A stretch of 64,000 nucleotides of DNA from Octopus vulgaris. Taxonomy: Eukaryota. The stretch covers positions 45,198,001-45,262,000 of the forward strand of contig OX597837.1 of NCBI GenBank assembly GCA_951406725.2, read 5' to 3'. The translations under genes were made by a program, and so were the position numbers. The notes beneath the pieces are model-generated. The model searched no databases. It was given only the letters and a program-made list of their open reading frames with translations, and was not told the DNA's origin. Of this stretch, positions 13,513 through 27,996 are shown piece by piece (the first letter of the stretch is position 1; the number at the start of each line of letters is the position of its first letter).

Positions 13513-14097
13513 GTAGGTCCAAAATGTTATAGCATTGCGGAATTGATTCTCGACATACTGAAAGTCTTTAGACGTACAGAATGAATTACCTTTAACTGAT
13601 GCTTCATATCCCACACTTAGAAGGATCCTCATTTAGTAATCAAAATCACGAAATAGTTACTAAATGATTGATGAATAAAAATTCCCTCACATATTTACAA
13701 AGTTTTCAACTCTTTTAAACAAAGTGGAGAAATGCGTTCTCGCTTGATCTGTAACATGCTTCCATTCTGCGAAAAGAAAATCTCAAACCACACACATACA
13801 TACGTACATACATAGATACATACATACATACATACATACATACATACATACATACATACATACATACATGCAGGCATATGTGTGTACATACCTACATACG
13901 TATATATGTGTTTGTGTGTGTATATATATATATATATACAGATATATATAAACATACATACACATACATATATATATATAGATAGATATAGATATATAGA
14001 TGTATGTGTGTGCATATATATATATACATATCCAAATACAGACACACACATACATATCAATACATAAACATATCCGTATGCAAGTATGTATATTTGC

Positions 14098-14139
<42 letters not shown>

Positions 14140-14560
14140 AAAAACATTCACAGACATTTGCTTAGAATATTTCACAGAAATGGTTTCGCACACCATTTGT
14201 CGTTTGGCAATGCTGGAACTCTGACCGGAAATTATTTCCGCCAGAGTTGAAGAATCCTTATATATGTTAGGACCATTATTTAGGACCATTATGTTCTTAA
14301 TTTCATCAATTCTTCATCTCCATTCTATTCTCAGACTGATTGCTTCTTTAACCTTTCTTCGCAGATCCTAATAAATAAGATATATTATTGTGTGTGTGTA
14401 TGTATGTGAACACATGTTGTTATGTTTGCACAACTCTTTAATTTCCAAGTATGTCTACATATGTATGTGTATATGTGTGTGTATATGTCTTTGTACATAC
14501 ATACATAGTATGCATGTACGTTTGTATTTGTACACACACACACACACATACACACATATG

Positions 14561-14592
<32 letters not shown>

Positions 14593-14674
14593 TGTGTGTG
14601 TGTGCGTGCGTGTGTATAACAGAGACAAATAGACAGAGTACGTATACATACATATATATATATATATATAAATA

Positions 14675-14720
<46 letters not shown>

Positions 14721-14747
14721 TATAAATATATATATATATTTATGTAT

Positions 14748-14796
<49 letters not shown>

Positions 14797-14870
14797 CATA
14801 TATATATTTATGTATTCATATATATATATATACATATATATATAAATATGCATACATTCACATATGGTCA

Positions 14871-14917
<47 letters not shown>

Positions 14918-15204
14918 CTTGCACTCTGCCTAACGTTACTTTAATTTCCACCTGTCTCCATTTCCGTCAAAGACAATGCAATATAACAATTTAATGACAT
15001 TGACTTGAAAGTCTGCTGTTTTTAAATCATTGCGGAATTACTTTCAGACCTGCTAGAATTCTAAAAATGGCCCCTTTTAATCACCAGTTTTGAGCACAAG
15101 ATTGCTATATATATATATATAATCTATACCCTGAAATATATTTGAATCAGACACACCAAATACACACACACCCGCACGCACACCCATGCACAGCTAAAAC
15201 AGAC

Positions 15205-15370
15205 ATTCCGTCGGTCACGACGACGAGGGTTCCAGATACTCCGAGTGCGTGCTAGAAGGCCGGCCCTTTGAAATACAGGTACAACTCATTTTTGGTAGCT
15301 GGGTGGACTGCTGCAACGTGAAATGAAGTGTCTCGCTCAGGGACATAACGCGCCGTTACGGATTGAACTC
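15205..15370 (-). mobile_element. CORE-like SINE fragment sharing its tail with the 10776 SINE
   Basis: Minus strand reads GTCCCTGAGCGAGACACTTCATTTCACGTTGC...TGAGTTGTACCTGTATTTCAAAGGGCCGGCC...CCCTCGTCGTCGTGACCGACGGA. Confidence 0.7.
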
Positions 15371-15569
15371 CATTGATAAGCCACGAAAATAGCGAAGCGT
15401 CCATGTTCATCGCTCCTAAATGGAACTTTGAGGCGAGCTGTCTCGCCTGTCGGAATGCTCAATTGAAACAGAATTATAATTCAATTCTATATTTAAGAGA
15501 CGAGGAATTACGTACATTATTTACATTATTTACATTCGACGGATATTTGTCTTCATCTTGTTTGTTGTT

Positions 15570-15615
15570 AACACAACGTTTCGGCTGATATGCTCCCCGG
15601 CCTTCTTCAAGTGTA
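15570..15615 (-). ncRNA. Mutated mirror copy of the hammerhead motif
   Basis: Minus strand TACAC-TTGAAGA-A-GGCCGG-GGAGCATA-TCAGCC-GAAA-CGTT-GTGTT (core C>T). Confidence 0.6.
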
Positions 15616-15670
15616 TTGGGGAGATTTCGAACTTGGGTTCTCATTCCTAAGGTATTTTTCGATGTTGCTG

Positions 15671-15743
<73 letters not shown>

Positions 15744-15750
15744 CATTATT

Positions 15751-15914
<164 letters not shown>

Positions 15915-16037
15915 CATAGTTGTTGTTGTTGTTCAGGTCACTGCTGGTTAACCACTACGCCATATGCCCATAATAATAACAACGACGACATCGAAAAATA
16001 CCTTAGGAATGAGAACCCAGGTTCGAAATCTCACCAA

Positions 16038-16083
16038 GACACCTGAAGAAGGCTGGAGGGTATATCAGCCGAAACGTTGTGTT
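16038..16083 (+). ncRNA. Minimal type-I hammerhead ribozyme motif (PLE type)
   Basis: Stem I GACAC/GTGTT, core CTGAAGA(A), stem II GGCTGG/TCAGCC, GAAA, palindromic mini stem III AACGTT. Confidence 0.72.
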
Positions 16084-17576
16084 ATCAACAAACAAGATGA
16101 GGACAGATATCCGTCGAATATAAATAATGTAAAATTCTAATCGTCACGTATGTATCATTAAATGTATACAAACAGCTCGAAGGCATGATGTTGTGGAATT
16201 ATCTGAAATAAGATCTCTTTGTAGTGAGAGAAATGAAGAGATTATGGTACGTGAGTGTAAAAATGGTTCCTGTAGTAACATTTACGCATTTGACTAGATA
16301 TATCTCTGTCTCAGTATATAATCTTTTTATAGTTCACTTCTCTCAATCTATAAGATATGTTAGCTATAACTTGTTTATCTATATATCTACCTGTGTCACT
16401 ACGAATTATTTTCTAGCTGCTTTTTTTTATGCTATCTACATAAAATATTTCAATACTAAATTACATGTCCGTCTGACTCAACAAGTAATATTTTTTTAGT
16501 TAGCTTTTAAATGCTTCATGTACTAAGTATGTTAACACTAACTTAACCATCGTACATCTCTACTCGACATATTCACACTGTATCTAGCAAAGTCGTTATC
16601 CAACCTTAGCAAGTATTTAGTCATACATTATCTGACATCAAAATACCGTGTTTATCTAGATGACATCTATAACTGTGATTATTTGGTCGAGCATTTGATA
16701 TTTAGCCACATAATGATTTTCGATATTGAAAACATTCACTCAATAAGAATGGTTATACGAAGTAACTATTATAGATAAGTACTGTAGCAGTCGCCTTTAA
16801 ACTATTGTCTCATTCAGAACAGATAGAATACACATACAAGCAGACGATATTATAAATGGCGTCACTGGAGATGGCTCTATGATTTACGTTTAGAAGTATT
16901 TAGGATCCATTAACATTAATATCTGGCTTCAGCTGTGGCTTATAAACTTACATACTATACGACTATTTGTTGGAATAATTACATGATTATATGATACGGA
17001 GTGCTACCAGTTTTTCACTGAGATTTTGGAAACGATTAACTTACTAGCAGTATGACTTGTAAAGGTAGTAGTTAGTCGCGAGAGGTCAGCACTCGTAACT
17101 CTGGTCTCGGTTATATAATGGAAGCCATATTTTCTGTTTGAAATGTTATAGATATTTCTACCATAATGGTGATGAATGGTTCTAGATATTGAAATTGCGA
17201 ATGCACTTGAAATATAGGCGCATGCGTAGCCGTGTGGTAAGAAGTTTGCTTCCCAAACATATGGTTCCGGTTTCTGTCCCACTGCGTAGCAACTTAGGCA
17301 AGTATCTTCACTAATCTTGGTTCTAGATTCGCTTCAAATGAGCGAAATCTTGGACAAGGATCCTACAGTGTAACCATGAGTTAACCAACACCTTCTAAGC
17401 GGAATTCGTTAGACGGAAACTAAGATTTCTGTTGTTTATATGTCTGGCCTTGGGTTTACAGTTTGGGATGGATTCGTACAGGCGCCATTTTGATGTAAGG
17501 GACACTGGTTGTCTGCATTATTGTGTGTAAGTGTTTGTATGCGTGTGCGTGTAAATGTGTGTGCGTGCATGTGTAA

Positions 17577-17641
<65 letters not shown>

Positions 17642-18490
17642 TGTATGTGTGTGTATGTGTGTGTGTGTATATTTCTTTATTTGGTTTTTTATTAGTTTTT
17701 TTTTTTGCAAAACCTCTGAATTTTGGCTTCATGGCTATTTCAACTTTTCTTTTTCACCAATAGGAGCAAATCTTCATGAAACTAAAATGATGTTAGATAA
17801 TTTTACGAGTGTATCTTTGAATACATTCATACGTATATATATACATATACACAGAGAGAAATCCTTATGTATGTATGTATGTATGTATGTATGTATGTAT
17901 GTATGTATGTATGTATGCCAGTATGTATGTAATTGTATGCTCAAATTTCCATGTGAATGTACCCCTTACGTCTATTAATGTTTGGCTGTTTTTTTCTGTT
18001 TAAATATATAATATATAATGTGTGTGTGTGTGTGTGTGTTCAGCCACATAGCGTAGTTTAGCCATTTGGACAATGGCTTTATATTCAAATATTAGTATAA
18101 ATATAGAAAAAAAATCTATAAATTACATGATAACGAAATAATTGACAATTTAGTGGGGGAAAAAAGTAGTGCCATAACTGAAAGATAATATTACTAGTAA
18201 AATATTCTATATACAACAGAAACTAGAAAACATTACTTCTATTGTTAACAAATAACGACGCTTATGTTATGACGTTATACAGATTTTTAAACCAATAAAT
18301 GGGAAAGTTTTGCGATCGTAAAGGAAGGAGTTTCTAATTCTAACACACACGAGAAGCGATTGATGGAGCTGCTACGTGGTCGATTGATATGCTAGTGATT
18401 GCAGCTAAATGTCCTTCAGATCACACAGCTGTTATTAAGGAATGGTTATTTTGGTTTATGTAGTATTTGTAAGTAAGTAAGTATTGACTC

Positions 18491-18794
18491 TTGTGGGGGC
18501 ACATGGCCTAGTGGTTAGAGCAGCATACTCGCTGTCGGAGGATCGCGGGTTCGAATATCAGACCGGGCGAAGTGTGTATTTATGAGCGAAACACCTTAGC
18601 TCCACGCGGCTCCGGCAGAAGGTAATGGCAAAACTTCTGCTGACTCTTTCGCCACAACTTTCTCTCACTGTTTCTTCCTGCATCTTGCAGCTCACCTGCG
18701 ACGGACCGGCGTCCCGTCCAGGTGGGGAACCTATATGCCAAGAAACCGGGAAACCGGCCCTTATGAGCCAGGCATGGTTCGAGAAGGAACAAAC
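18491..18794 (+). mobile_element. tRNA-Arg-like SINE (OR-type, second tail), with 12-bp TSD
   Basis: TSD AAGTATTGACTC at 18479-18490 and 18795-18806; A-box TGGCCTAGTGG, B-box GGTTCGAAT. Confidence 0.92.
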
Positions 18795-19339
18795 AAGTAT
18801 TGACTCGAATCGTAGAATTCATAGATCCGGTTACCCGGTTATCTGATTACCCGGTTACCCGGGTACATGGTTTTCATGGTGTATAAGTGACTGAGAGCAC
18901 ATGTTCTCTAAATAGGGTGCCAGCCCAGTGTGGGGTTATTCATAGACAGCTGAGTGGACAGGAGCAAGCAATATGAAATGAAGAACAATTTTCCCTCAAC
19001 CACACGACCGACTTCTTGTCCCCCAAGCGGTCGATTTCCTGTTCACCACGCGGCATTTTCCAACTAATTGTTGTCGCTGAAATACCGACATTTAACGGTT
19101 ATAGCGCGTGACCTTTCTCAACCGATCACAGCCTAACGTCCACTAATAGACATTGATTCTACTCTCTTCAATCGATCTCGCATTCAGAGCCCAATGTCCG
19201 AAGACCAGGCACACTCTTGAAACTCAGAGTACCAAGAAGTTTGATTCGAACTGTTTTGATCTAAACATGTAACTCCCAATAAATGTGTTGAGTGCCCTAC
19301 TTTCGTTTGTCTAAAAGTCTAATGCATATTCTAATGGAT

Positions 19340-19603
19340 TCTTAAGCCGAACTTCTAAGTTACTGGGACGTAGACACACCAACACTGGTTATCAGGCACA
19401 AACGCAGACATAAAGATACACACACATATATCTATAGATAAGATGGGATTCTCTCAGTTTTCGTCTCCCAAAATCCACTTATAAGGCGTTGGTCGGCCCG
19501 ACAGTAAAGTAGATAACAGCTGCCCAATTTGTCACGCAGTGGAACTGAACCAGGAAGCATGTGTTTGCGAAGAACACTTGTTACTACACAACCATATCTG
19601 CAT
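19340..19603 (-). mobile_element. SINE family A, diverged
   Basis: Matches reverse complement of the family-A head and body. Confidence 0.75.
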
Positions 19604-19813
19604 TTGTAATATTCTTCTTCATCGCCTTGAATTCTGGATATCATTTCTATTCTGTGTAAATCGAACATTTTGTACATAAACATATATACTTTTTTTTATA
19701 AGGTACCTAATATTCTTTGTATATCGAACAGCCTAACTTGCTTATCCTTAAATTTACTCCCCTACACATGTACATATAATTATATGTATGTGTGCGTGTG
19801 TCTAAGGACACGG

Positions 19814-19910
<97 letters not shown>

Positions 19911-19919
19911 TATATATAT

Positions 19920-20135
19920 ATATCACCATGTTGATTCGTTAGTTACTGCACGCATTTTTTTCTCTCCTTCTTTCTGTGTTTTTTTTCTCTCTATGTATCT
20001 TTCTGTTGAAGAGCGTAGGCTCGAAACGTTAAAGACTTGTTTTATTTATATTTCCTGAGCGCCATACTAATACAATTGTTTGTTTGTTTCCCACCTGCCT
20101 TCGTCTTTTGTCTATTTTCCTAAAGCTTCCCGTTA
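19920..20135 (+). mobile_element. PLE terminal-repeat fragment with HHR-like motif (19998-20035)
   Basis: TCTTT-CTGTTGA-A-GAGC-GTAG-GCTC-GAAA-CGTT-AAAGA; embedded in (TA)n. Confidence 0.62.
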
Positions 20136-20160
20136 TATATATATAGAAATATATATATAT

Positions 20161-20225
<65 letters not shown>

Positions 20226-20226
20226 G

Positions 20227-20313
<87 letters not shown>

Positions 20314-21055
20314 CCGAAAAGTATATTATAAAATATCCATCATGGCTGCTCTCAAGAATCAGTTTCTCGTACAAATAACAATGTGTGAGTGGGGGGGTCT
20401 GGGTGTATATATTATAATGGCATAGCTTTCATGCAGCATTGTCTGATATACATACATACGTAAATATGTATACCTATATTGATACATATACATATATATA
20501 TATATATGTATATATATGTCAGTTTATGTGCGTATATACATATATATATATATGTATATATATCGGTGTATGTGCATATATACATACACACACACGTGCA
20601 CACACACACACACGCATAGGCACACATCCTCTGTCTACCAATCATCATCACTCTGGACTGGTTTATTTGGTTCATTTTACTAACCACCAAAGGCTGAAAA
20701 GCAATATGTAATTATGTGTGTGCGCGTGAGTGTGTGTGTGTGAGTGTGTGTGTGTGTGTGTGTGTTTGTCTATGTGTCTATGTAATATATTTAGAAGTAA
20801 AGTTAACCGTTTAATCTACAAATATACATGCATATATACATATTCATATTTATATATATACACACACATGCATACACACAATCACACACATAGACATATA
20901 TATACACATACCTATATACGTATATATAAGTCTGTATACATATATATATACAGGCATATATTTATAAACATATATTGTATATGTACGCATATGTAAAAGT
21001 ATATATATATAGGAAAAAAGCAACAAGAATGGATTAAAATCTCAATTACTTAACC

Positions 21056-21141
<86 letters not shown>

Positions 21142-22372
21142 TTATATTTATATACATATATATACTCACATATGCACAGATACACACACACATGCACACA
21201 CATATATATATACACATGCATATATTTGTGCGTATATTGTATTTAAGTATGTTAATATGTTTGTACTTACATGTTATGAGATTCTAAGGAACATAGATAC
21301 CATCAAAGCTCGTCTGATATTTTAGTTATAACAAATAAACCATTAAAAATTCACAAGATGTTTATCAAATTTATGCCATGTGGGAATCGCTTTGATTGTT
21401 GTGTCTTTTAATTGATCTTGCTAGTTATAGAAGCAATTGTTGTTTGATGTTAAATATGGAATGTAAATGTATGCGTATACAATGTCCATTGATATGTATC
21501 TAGAGGCATAAGTATGGTTATGTGTTTGAGATGTTCTCTTAGGAACAACATATGGTCGTCTGCTGCTTTGCGTGTGTTGCGTATTATGAGCAATTGCATA
21601 ATTCTATAACACTGAGATGGTCAGATATACGTGGTTTCCTAGGAAGGACAGTTAAGGCTACACGTATTACATTTCCACAAGAACAAAAACTTAAAGATAC
21701 ACAAACTTCTCATAAAGAATTTTCAAAAAAATTTCGCCAACTTCTAAGAAAGCCACCGCAACAAATGATTTTTTTTCATACCAAAGGACATAACCCTTAA
21801 CTCAGCCCCTGCGTGATTCCTTTCATCGTCTTTTCAAAGCAACCACAAACCGGATGTAACTGTGCACCTCAAACAATAGAGAGCAGTTGACATAAATCAT
21901 TTCATAACGGCTACCTCTGAAGAGTACAGGGTTGTATAAGCGGACTGATACCTAACACTCTTCTGAACCCCACGTGTGAAACCAATTGGTAAAATCTGCT
22001 GTAATGCCGTAATGTATATTTAATACTTTACACTTCGTTTAATATGCCCACTCTACTGATAAATATAGGAATGCATTTTTCCTGGCTTATGGACTCCTAG
22101 ACAGCTGACACAAACACGCAAACACACACAAGTTTGCATATATATGTATGTATGGGTGTATGTGTTTGTGTTTGTGCGAGTGAGTTTGTGTGTATGTGTG
22201 GTTGTGTGTAACAAGTTGTGCTTTGTACAAAATACGTTTTCATGCGGAAGGAAACCGTTGACTTTTGAACAGCATGAAGCGCTGGGATCCGGAAAGAAGG
22301 CAAATTCTGACAAAACGAATTCATTTCAAACACTCCGGAGTTGAGCAATAATTCTTCCAGTTAGTTCCTAAT

Positions 22373-22408
<36 letters not shown>

Positions 22409-23162
22409 CACACACACACACACACACGCACACAGAAATGTTTACACTTATTTACGTACAAATCAATATATGTGTATATATATGAGTGTACATATATGTG
22501 TGTGTATGTATGTATATGAGTGTACATATGTGTGTGTATGTATGTATGAATGTAGGTATGTATATATGTATGTATGTATGTATGTATATATATATGTATG
22601 TATGTATGTATGTATGCATGTATATATGAATGTATGTATGTATGTATGTGTGTGTGTGTCTACACTTTCGGACGTATGGGTCTAAAAAGTGCATTGCTAA
22701 ATAGGTAGATATATATTGTTCTACCGGCATGAAATCTTTAAAACTTATTCGTTGATGAAACAACCAATCGAAAAATTATGTTAAATACCGATAAGAAAAT
22801 GGCGTGAAGACCATAAAGGAGGAGAGAATGTACAAGAACAGGAGAAAGATGCGAGGGAATGGAGAAACCTCCAAGGTCGAAGAATTGACGCATGCAGGTG
22901 ACAATGATGATCATGATGCCGATGGAGATGGTTATGGTAAGACTACACCTACACACCTATATGGAATAAAAGAAAAAGTAAAATAACAAGGACACTGAAA
23001 TCCGTGTATTTCAAATATCACATGATTACCGGTACCGCATACAACACCAAAATTCTATGGGAAAAATTGTACGTACGCATGCGCGTTTGTGAGTGTGTGT
23101 GCGTGTGTGTATGTGTGTGCGTGTTTGTGTGTTTGTGTGTAAATATACATATATGTGCGTAT

Positions 23163-23196
<34 letters not shown>

Positions 23197-23365
23197 TTAT
23201 ATTCATATAGATCGATAGATAGATAGATAGATATTTTAGATAGATAGATAGAGAGATAGATACATACATACATACATACATACATACATACATACATACA
23301 TACATACATAGACAGATAGATAGATAGATTGATAGATAGATAAATAGATAGATAGATATATTCAT

Positions 23366-23449
<84 letters not shown>

Positions 23450-23730
23450 AGATATTGATATATATTCATATACAAATTCTGGTATACATATTTTGAACAA
23501 ATGTATATATATGTATATATGTGTAAATATACAATATATATATAAACACATGCACACACATATACGTAGACATACATGTATATATGTATAAATACATATA
23601 TATGTGAGTATATATATATATATAATATAATATAATATAATATATATATTTATGTATATATGAATATATAGATAAATTACATCGATAGATTGATAGATAT
23701 AGATACAGCTATAAGACATACAAGTACACG

Positions 23731-23792
<62 letters not shown>

Positions 23793-24191
23793 CATACATA
23801 TATACATATATGCATATATATATATATATATATATATATAAGCATCAACATATATGCAGGCACACAAATATATACATATACATAATCACTCATGTTGAAC
23901 TCATAAATATATTTATGAATTCCTCTCTATGTGTCTATATATTCGGTTGCAAATTTTTGTGCATCGATGCTATCTATTACGTAAAACTTTTCCTTCCAAA
24001 TTTATTCCTCCGTCGTCTGCCTGGTTAGCATTACACATGACGCTCACTAATATATGGACCCGTATTTAATAACGAATTTTGGTGTGGCATATTTCTGGAT
24101 ACAGTCCTAAAGCTGGGGAAAGCTGTTTGTACTACAGCCCCGGACCGGCGAAGCCTTGTAAGTGGATTCGATAGCCAAAAACTAAAAGACC

Positions 24192-24239
<48 letters not shown>

Positions 24240-24462
24240 CCGGTGTTTTCAAAGCGATGAATAGCTTTTTGCCGAAACCATGGTTCACTTTGTTCTCTTA
24301 CTTTATTTTCCTCTTATAATCATCTCATAATAATGACTTTTATGACTCTTATTACAACCTCAGTCCATCTAAATTTATATATTTGTCGTTACCTGTCATA
24401 AATAACCTTTTTTTATTTGCAATGTGCATTTTCGTTGATTTTTCATATTTTACCCCTATATA

Positions 24463-24835
24463 TATTCATTTAGAGATAGTAGGCCCCTTCATCCCACCAT
24501 ATAAAATAATTTTAATTTACTTTAATACTTACTACTTATACGTTCGCCGGACCCTACTGTACAAACCAGTAGGGTTCGGCGAACCTTTTTACACATACTT
24601 ATTTGTTTAAAAAATTAAAATATAGTTAAAAATATCAAACTATAAGGAAGTGATATAGAGGCCTGATAATTGGGGTTATATTTTAAGAAAGGTACCAGCA
24701 AAACACGGCGTGCTTAAGGAACCGGAGAATGTGCCTCAAGAAACACGTGTAGCCGAGATATAAGAAGTAGGTATTTAAATTAAAATTATTTTATATGGTG
24801 GGATGAAGGGGCCCACTGTCTCTAAATGAAAATAT
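24463..24835. repeat. Inverted repeat of a PLE-like terminal fragment; right arm preceded by an HHR-like motif with long loop 2 (24660-24754)
   Basis: TTCATTTAGAGATAGTAGGCCCCTTCATCCCACCATATAAAATAATTTTAATTT at 24466 mirrored at ~24775-24832; third copy at 42401-42569. Confidence 0.8.
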
Positions 24836-24929
24836 ATATTTCCCCATTGAGAATAATTTGAACCCCTGTTATACCGGAATTTTTATTCCCTAACAAATAA
24901 AATTTAAATATATATATATATTTTTTTCT

Positions 24930-25210
24930 CTAGTTTCAGCTCAGAGCTGCGGCCATGCTGATGCACCGCCGTTTTGTGCTACACTGTTATTACGAAGAAC
25001 CTCGTCTAATATGTGGCACTTGGTGAATAATGGAGTTTGATATAGCTACTCTCATTTGCACCTCTTGCTGTGAGGTAGGTTCATCTGGGACTCTCGACAG
25101 GAAGATGTCCAGCTTTGATTTAAAAAACCGCTACATCTACTTTGTGCAAGTTCCTCAGACTCTTTGGGAGAATATTAAAAAGCTGTGGGCCCTTGAAACC
25201 CAGGGTGTTG
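24930..25210 (-). mobile_element. CR1-group LINE 3' fragment
   Basis: Minus strand encodes approximately GPQL-FNILPKSLRNLHKVDVAV-KSKLDIFLSRVPDEPTSQQEVQMR with frameshifts, then GGCGGTGCATCAGCATGGCCGCAGCTCTGAGCTGAAACTAG; homologous to 46120-46395. Confidence 0.85.
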
Positions 25211-25361
25211 TAATATTCAACAGCGTCGTTCCATGCAGTCATGCTACGACGTGATGCATTTAAGTTTTGCAGTGCGTCTCCTCTGTTCGTTGATTTTTGC
25301 GATGACTGAAACGAAGTAATAACGTGCTTCCATGGAATTCCGTTTTCTGCTAGAGAACATC

Positions 25362-25550
25362 CAGAAGAGTTGCAGGAGATTCCGAAGTCGTCTGGAGGCC
25401 GTGGTTGAAGCCAATGGCGATTTTATTGAACAAATTTACTCTTTAACATTTCAAGTTATTTTTAGGTAATTTTGATAAATCTGTTAAAATGAAATGTCAG
25501 TGTTATTTACATTTTTGAGTAATTTAGACGACAACTTATTTACCACGCCA
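25362..25550 (+). mobile_element. Tc1/mariner-superfamily (maT-like) transposase C-terminus and 3' end remnant
   Basis: Translates QKSCRRFRSRLEAVVEANGDFIEQ, the typical C-terminal motif of these transposases. Confidence 0.75.
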
Positions 25551-25829
25551 TAGAACAAGAATGTGTATATATATATATATATATACGTCATAATTTTTTT
25601 TTTTTGCAATTTTCTTAATCATTGACATTTTATTGTTATTTTAATGTTAATATTTCTATTATATGTAATTTTCTAGATGGTGTAATTTAATTGTTCATTT
25701 TGAATTGATAAAAGGTGTTTTTTTCTCTAATTTTTTATATACATATTATTTTGTGTGAAATTGGATTTAGTATTTCTAAATTGTATTTTTTTCCTTGTAA
25801 GTTTTGGATTTTATTCCCTCAAATATTAA

Positions 25830-25894
<65 letters not shown>

Positions 25895-26487
25895 GTTATT
25901 GATTTCATATTTGCAATTCTATACACACTCCCACACATATATATTTCTCACATATCTCATCGTTAATTATATATTCATAGATACATATATCAGTTTATAA
26001 ATGCACAGATAAGAAGACATGATTGTAAATATCCCTATTTTTGTTTGTATCGATTCGTCTGAGTGAAATCTTTATATGTATATATATACGTATATAGATT
26101 TCACTCAGACCAATCGATACAAGCAAGATTAGGCATATTTACAATCATTTCTTCTTATCTGTACATTTATAAACACGTGCACGTGCACGCACACTCACAC
26201 AAAGACATACACTCGATCGTACGCGGCTGTGTAGTGCAGTGGTTCCCAAATTATGAGTCGCGACCGACAGACGGGTCGCGAACGGAATCTTAGTGGGTCG
26301 CGAAATGTTATAAAACTACGTATTAGCTTTGATTAACTGCTGTCTATCGAGATAGTTCAAGACTTCTGTTTTCAATGCCAGACTTGTTGTTTTATCAAGC
26401 AGTAGGCTTTTTCACGGACTTAACAAATCAGAGGTTGTCATTTTCTCAAGTTATTTATTCGTACGTAATCGTAAAAAGGAAAGGTTT

Positions 26488-27800
26488 GTGTTAACAAGAC
26501 TTGCAGAACTCCGCGAAGAAGTAGCTATATTTTTAGAAGATAAAAGCGATGTTGCGAAATATTTGTGCAACGAAGAATTTGTTCTGAGGCTCACGAATTT
26601 GGCAGATATTTTTTCGAAATTAAACGACCTGAATTTGTATTTACAAGGAACAGAAGGTATCAGTATATTTGTAATTCATGAGAAAATTCGAGGTTTTATG
26701 AAAAAACTTGTCTTGTGGAAAAATCGTATTCACAACCGAAATCATGATTGTTTTGAAACATTTGAAACTTTTGTAATCTCTCTATATATAAATGGCAGTT
26801 TGTCTGTCTGTGTGTCTGTGTGTCTGTGTGTCTGTCAGGTTGTACCCTCACCCTGACCACGGCTTTCAACCGATTCTGATGAAACTTGACACACACATAG
26901 CCCAATGTCATAATTCAAAACTAACGCAGCGAAAATTTAAGTACCCCCAGTTCTGAAAAAAATTGATAAATTCGACATGAGGTCGAGAATCTAAGCCTTT
27001 TATTTGCAACACATTTTCTGTTGTAGTTTTCGCAACTTGCAATCGAATTTCACCAAACTCATGGTGAAGCTTAATGTTACCCTAAGAAACTTAATTCTGG
27101 CGTTAGTTTTCCATGCAATACCTTACCATCAGAAAAAATCGATAAAATCATGCCATTTTGGGAAATCGCGTTCAAATTCAAGATGACATATTTTCGACAA
27201 TATCTTTCACAAATTGGCAGGAATTTTTTTTAAATTCACGGCGAGCATCATGTCTGCTCCAGGGGCTCTTACATACTCGGGCAATGCCGGGCTATGCTGC
27301 TAGTGGAAAATAAAGCAAAAGTTGATGATGGTATAATCATTGAGATATCTGAAAACTTGAATAAGTTAAATGAAAGTTTTGAATTTTATTTTCATAAAGA
27401 GATGAATACTATGCAACAGAAAAGATGGATTATGAACCCCTTTCAGCCTGACATGACGACTGGAATATCAACAAAAGCGGATGAGGAACTTATCGATTTA
27501 TCCGAAGACTCTTCCTTGAAAATAACTTTTCACACCCGAAAATTGGTACAGTTCTGGGCGTCTCTTCAAACCTCGCACCCAATCATTTCCACCGAAGCAT
27601 TAAAAGTACTTCTCCTTTTCATGTCATCTTATATTTGTGAAACTGTATTTTCAGCAATGGCTGGAATTAAAAGCAAATATCAAAATAAACTGCAGCTTTC
27701 AAATTCTTTACGCCTGAAACTATCACGCATTGAACCTGATGTTAATTCTATTATTGAGCGTAGCAAGAAACAGGCTCATCCTTCTCACAGGCCTCACTGA
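26488..27800 (+). pseudogene. hAT transposase C-terminal half (Buster/ZBED5/FAM200-like), split by a Helitron
   Basis: LTRLAELREEV...LADIFSKLNDLNLYLQG, WIMNPF, FW...ALKVLLLFMSSYICETVFS...KSKYQNKL...QAHPSH; N-terminal half missing. Confidence 0.92.
26777..27303 (+). mobile_element. Non-autonomous Helitron
   Basis: Starts TCTCTCTATATATAAA plus GTCT/GT repeat, ends CGGGCAATGCCGGG...CTAG; inserted between A and T with no TSD; removal restores the transposase frame. Confidence 0.9.
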
Positions 27801-27996
27801 AGATGTAATCTGAAATAAATTTGTTAATTCATGAATGATTTTACTCAGTAGAGTTAAGTGGGTTGTCATAAACTGGTGTGATAAATAGTGGGTCGCGACT
27901 CTAAAAGGTTTGGAAACCACTGGTGTAGAGTATGTGTTTTCTGTAAACATTGCATACATACATATAATAAATATAGCTATACTTGTGCATATATTA

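Larger units (their letters stand above)
26237..27922 (+). mobile_element. hAT (Buster/Charlie-type) DNA transposon, internally deleted
   Basis: TIRs CAGTGGTTCCCAAA and TTTGGAAACCACTG; 8-bp TSD GTGTAGTG (26229-26236) / GTGTAGAG (27923-27930) with central TA; subterminal GGGTCGCGA repeats. Confidence 0.93.

Noticed and set aside
21458-21477. miR-1-like TGGAATGTAAA (also miR-124-like at 58188, miR-9-like at 62702)
   Set aside because: Only the first 9-11 nt match and no precursor hairpin is evident
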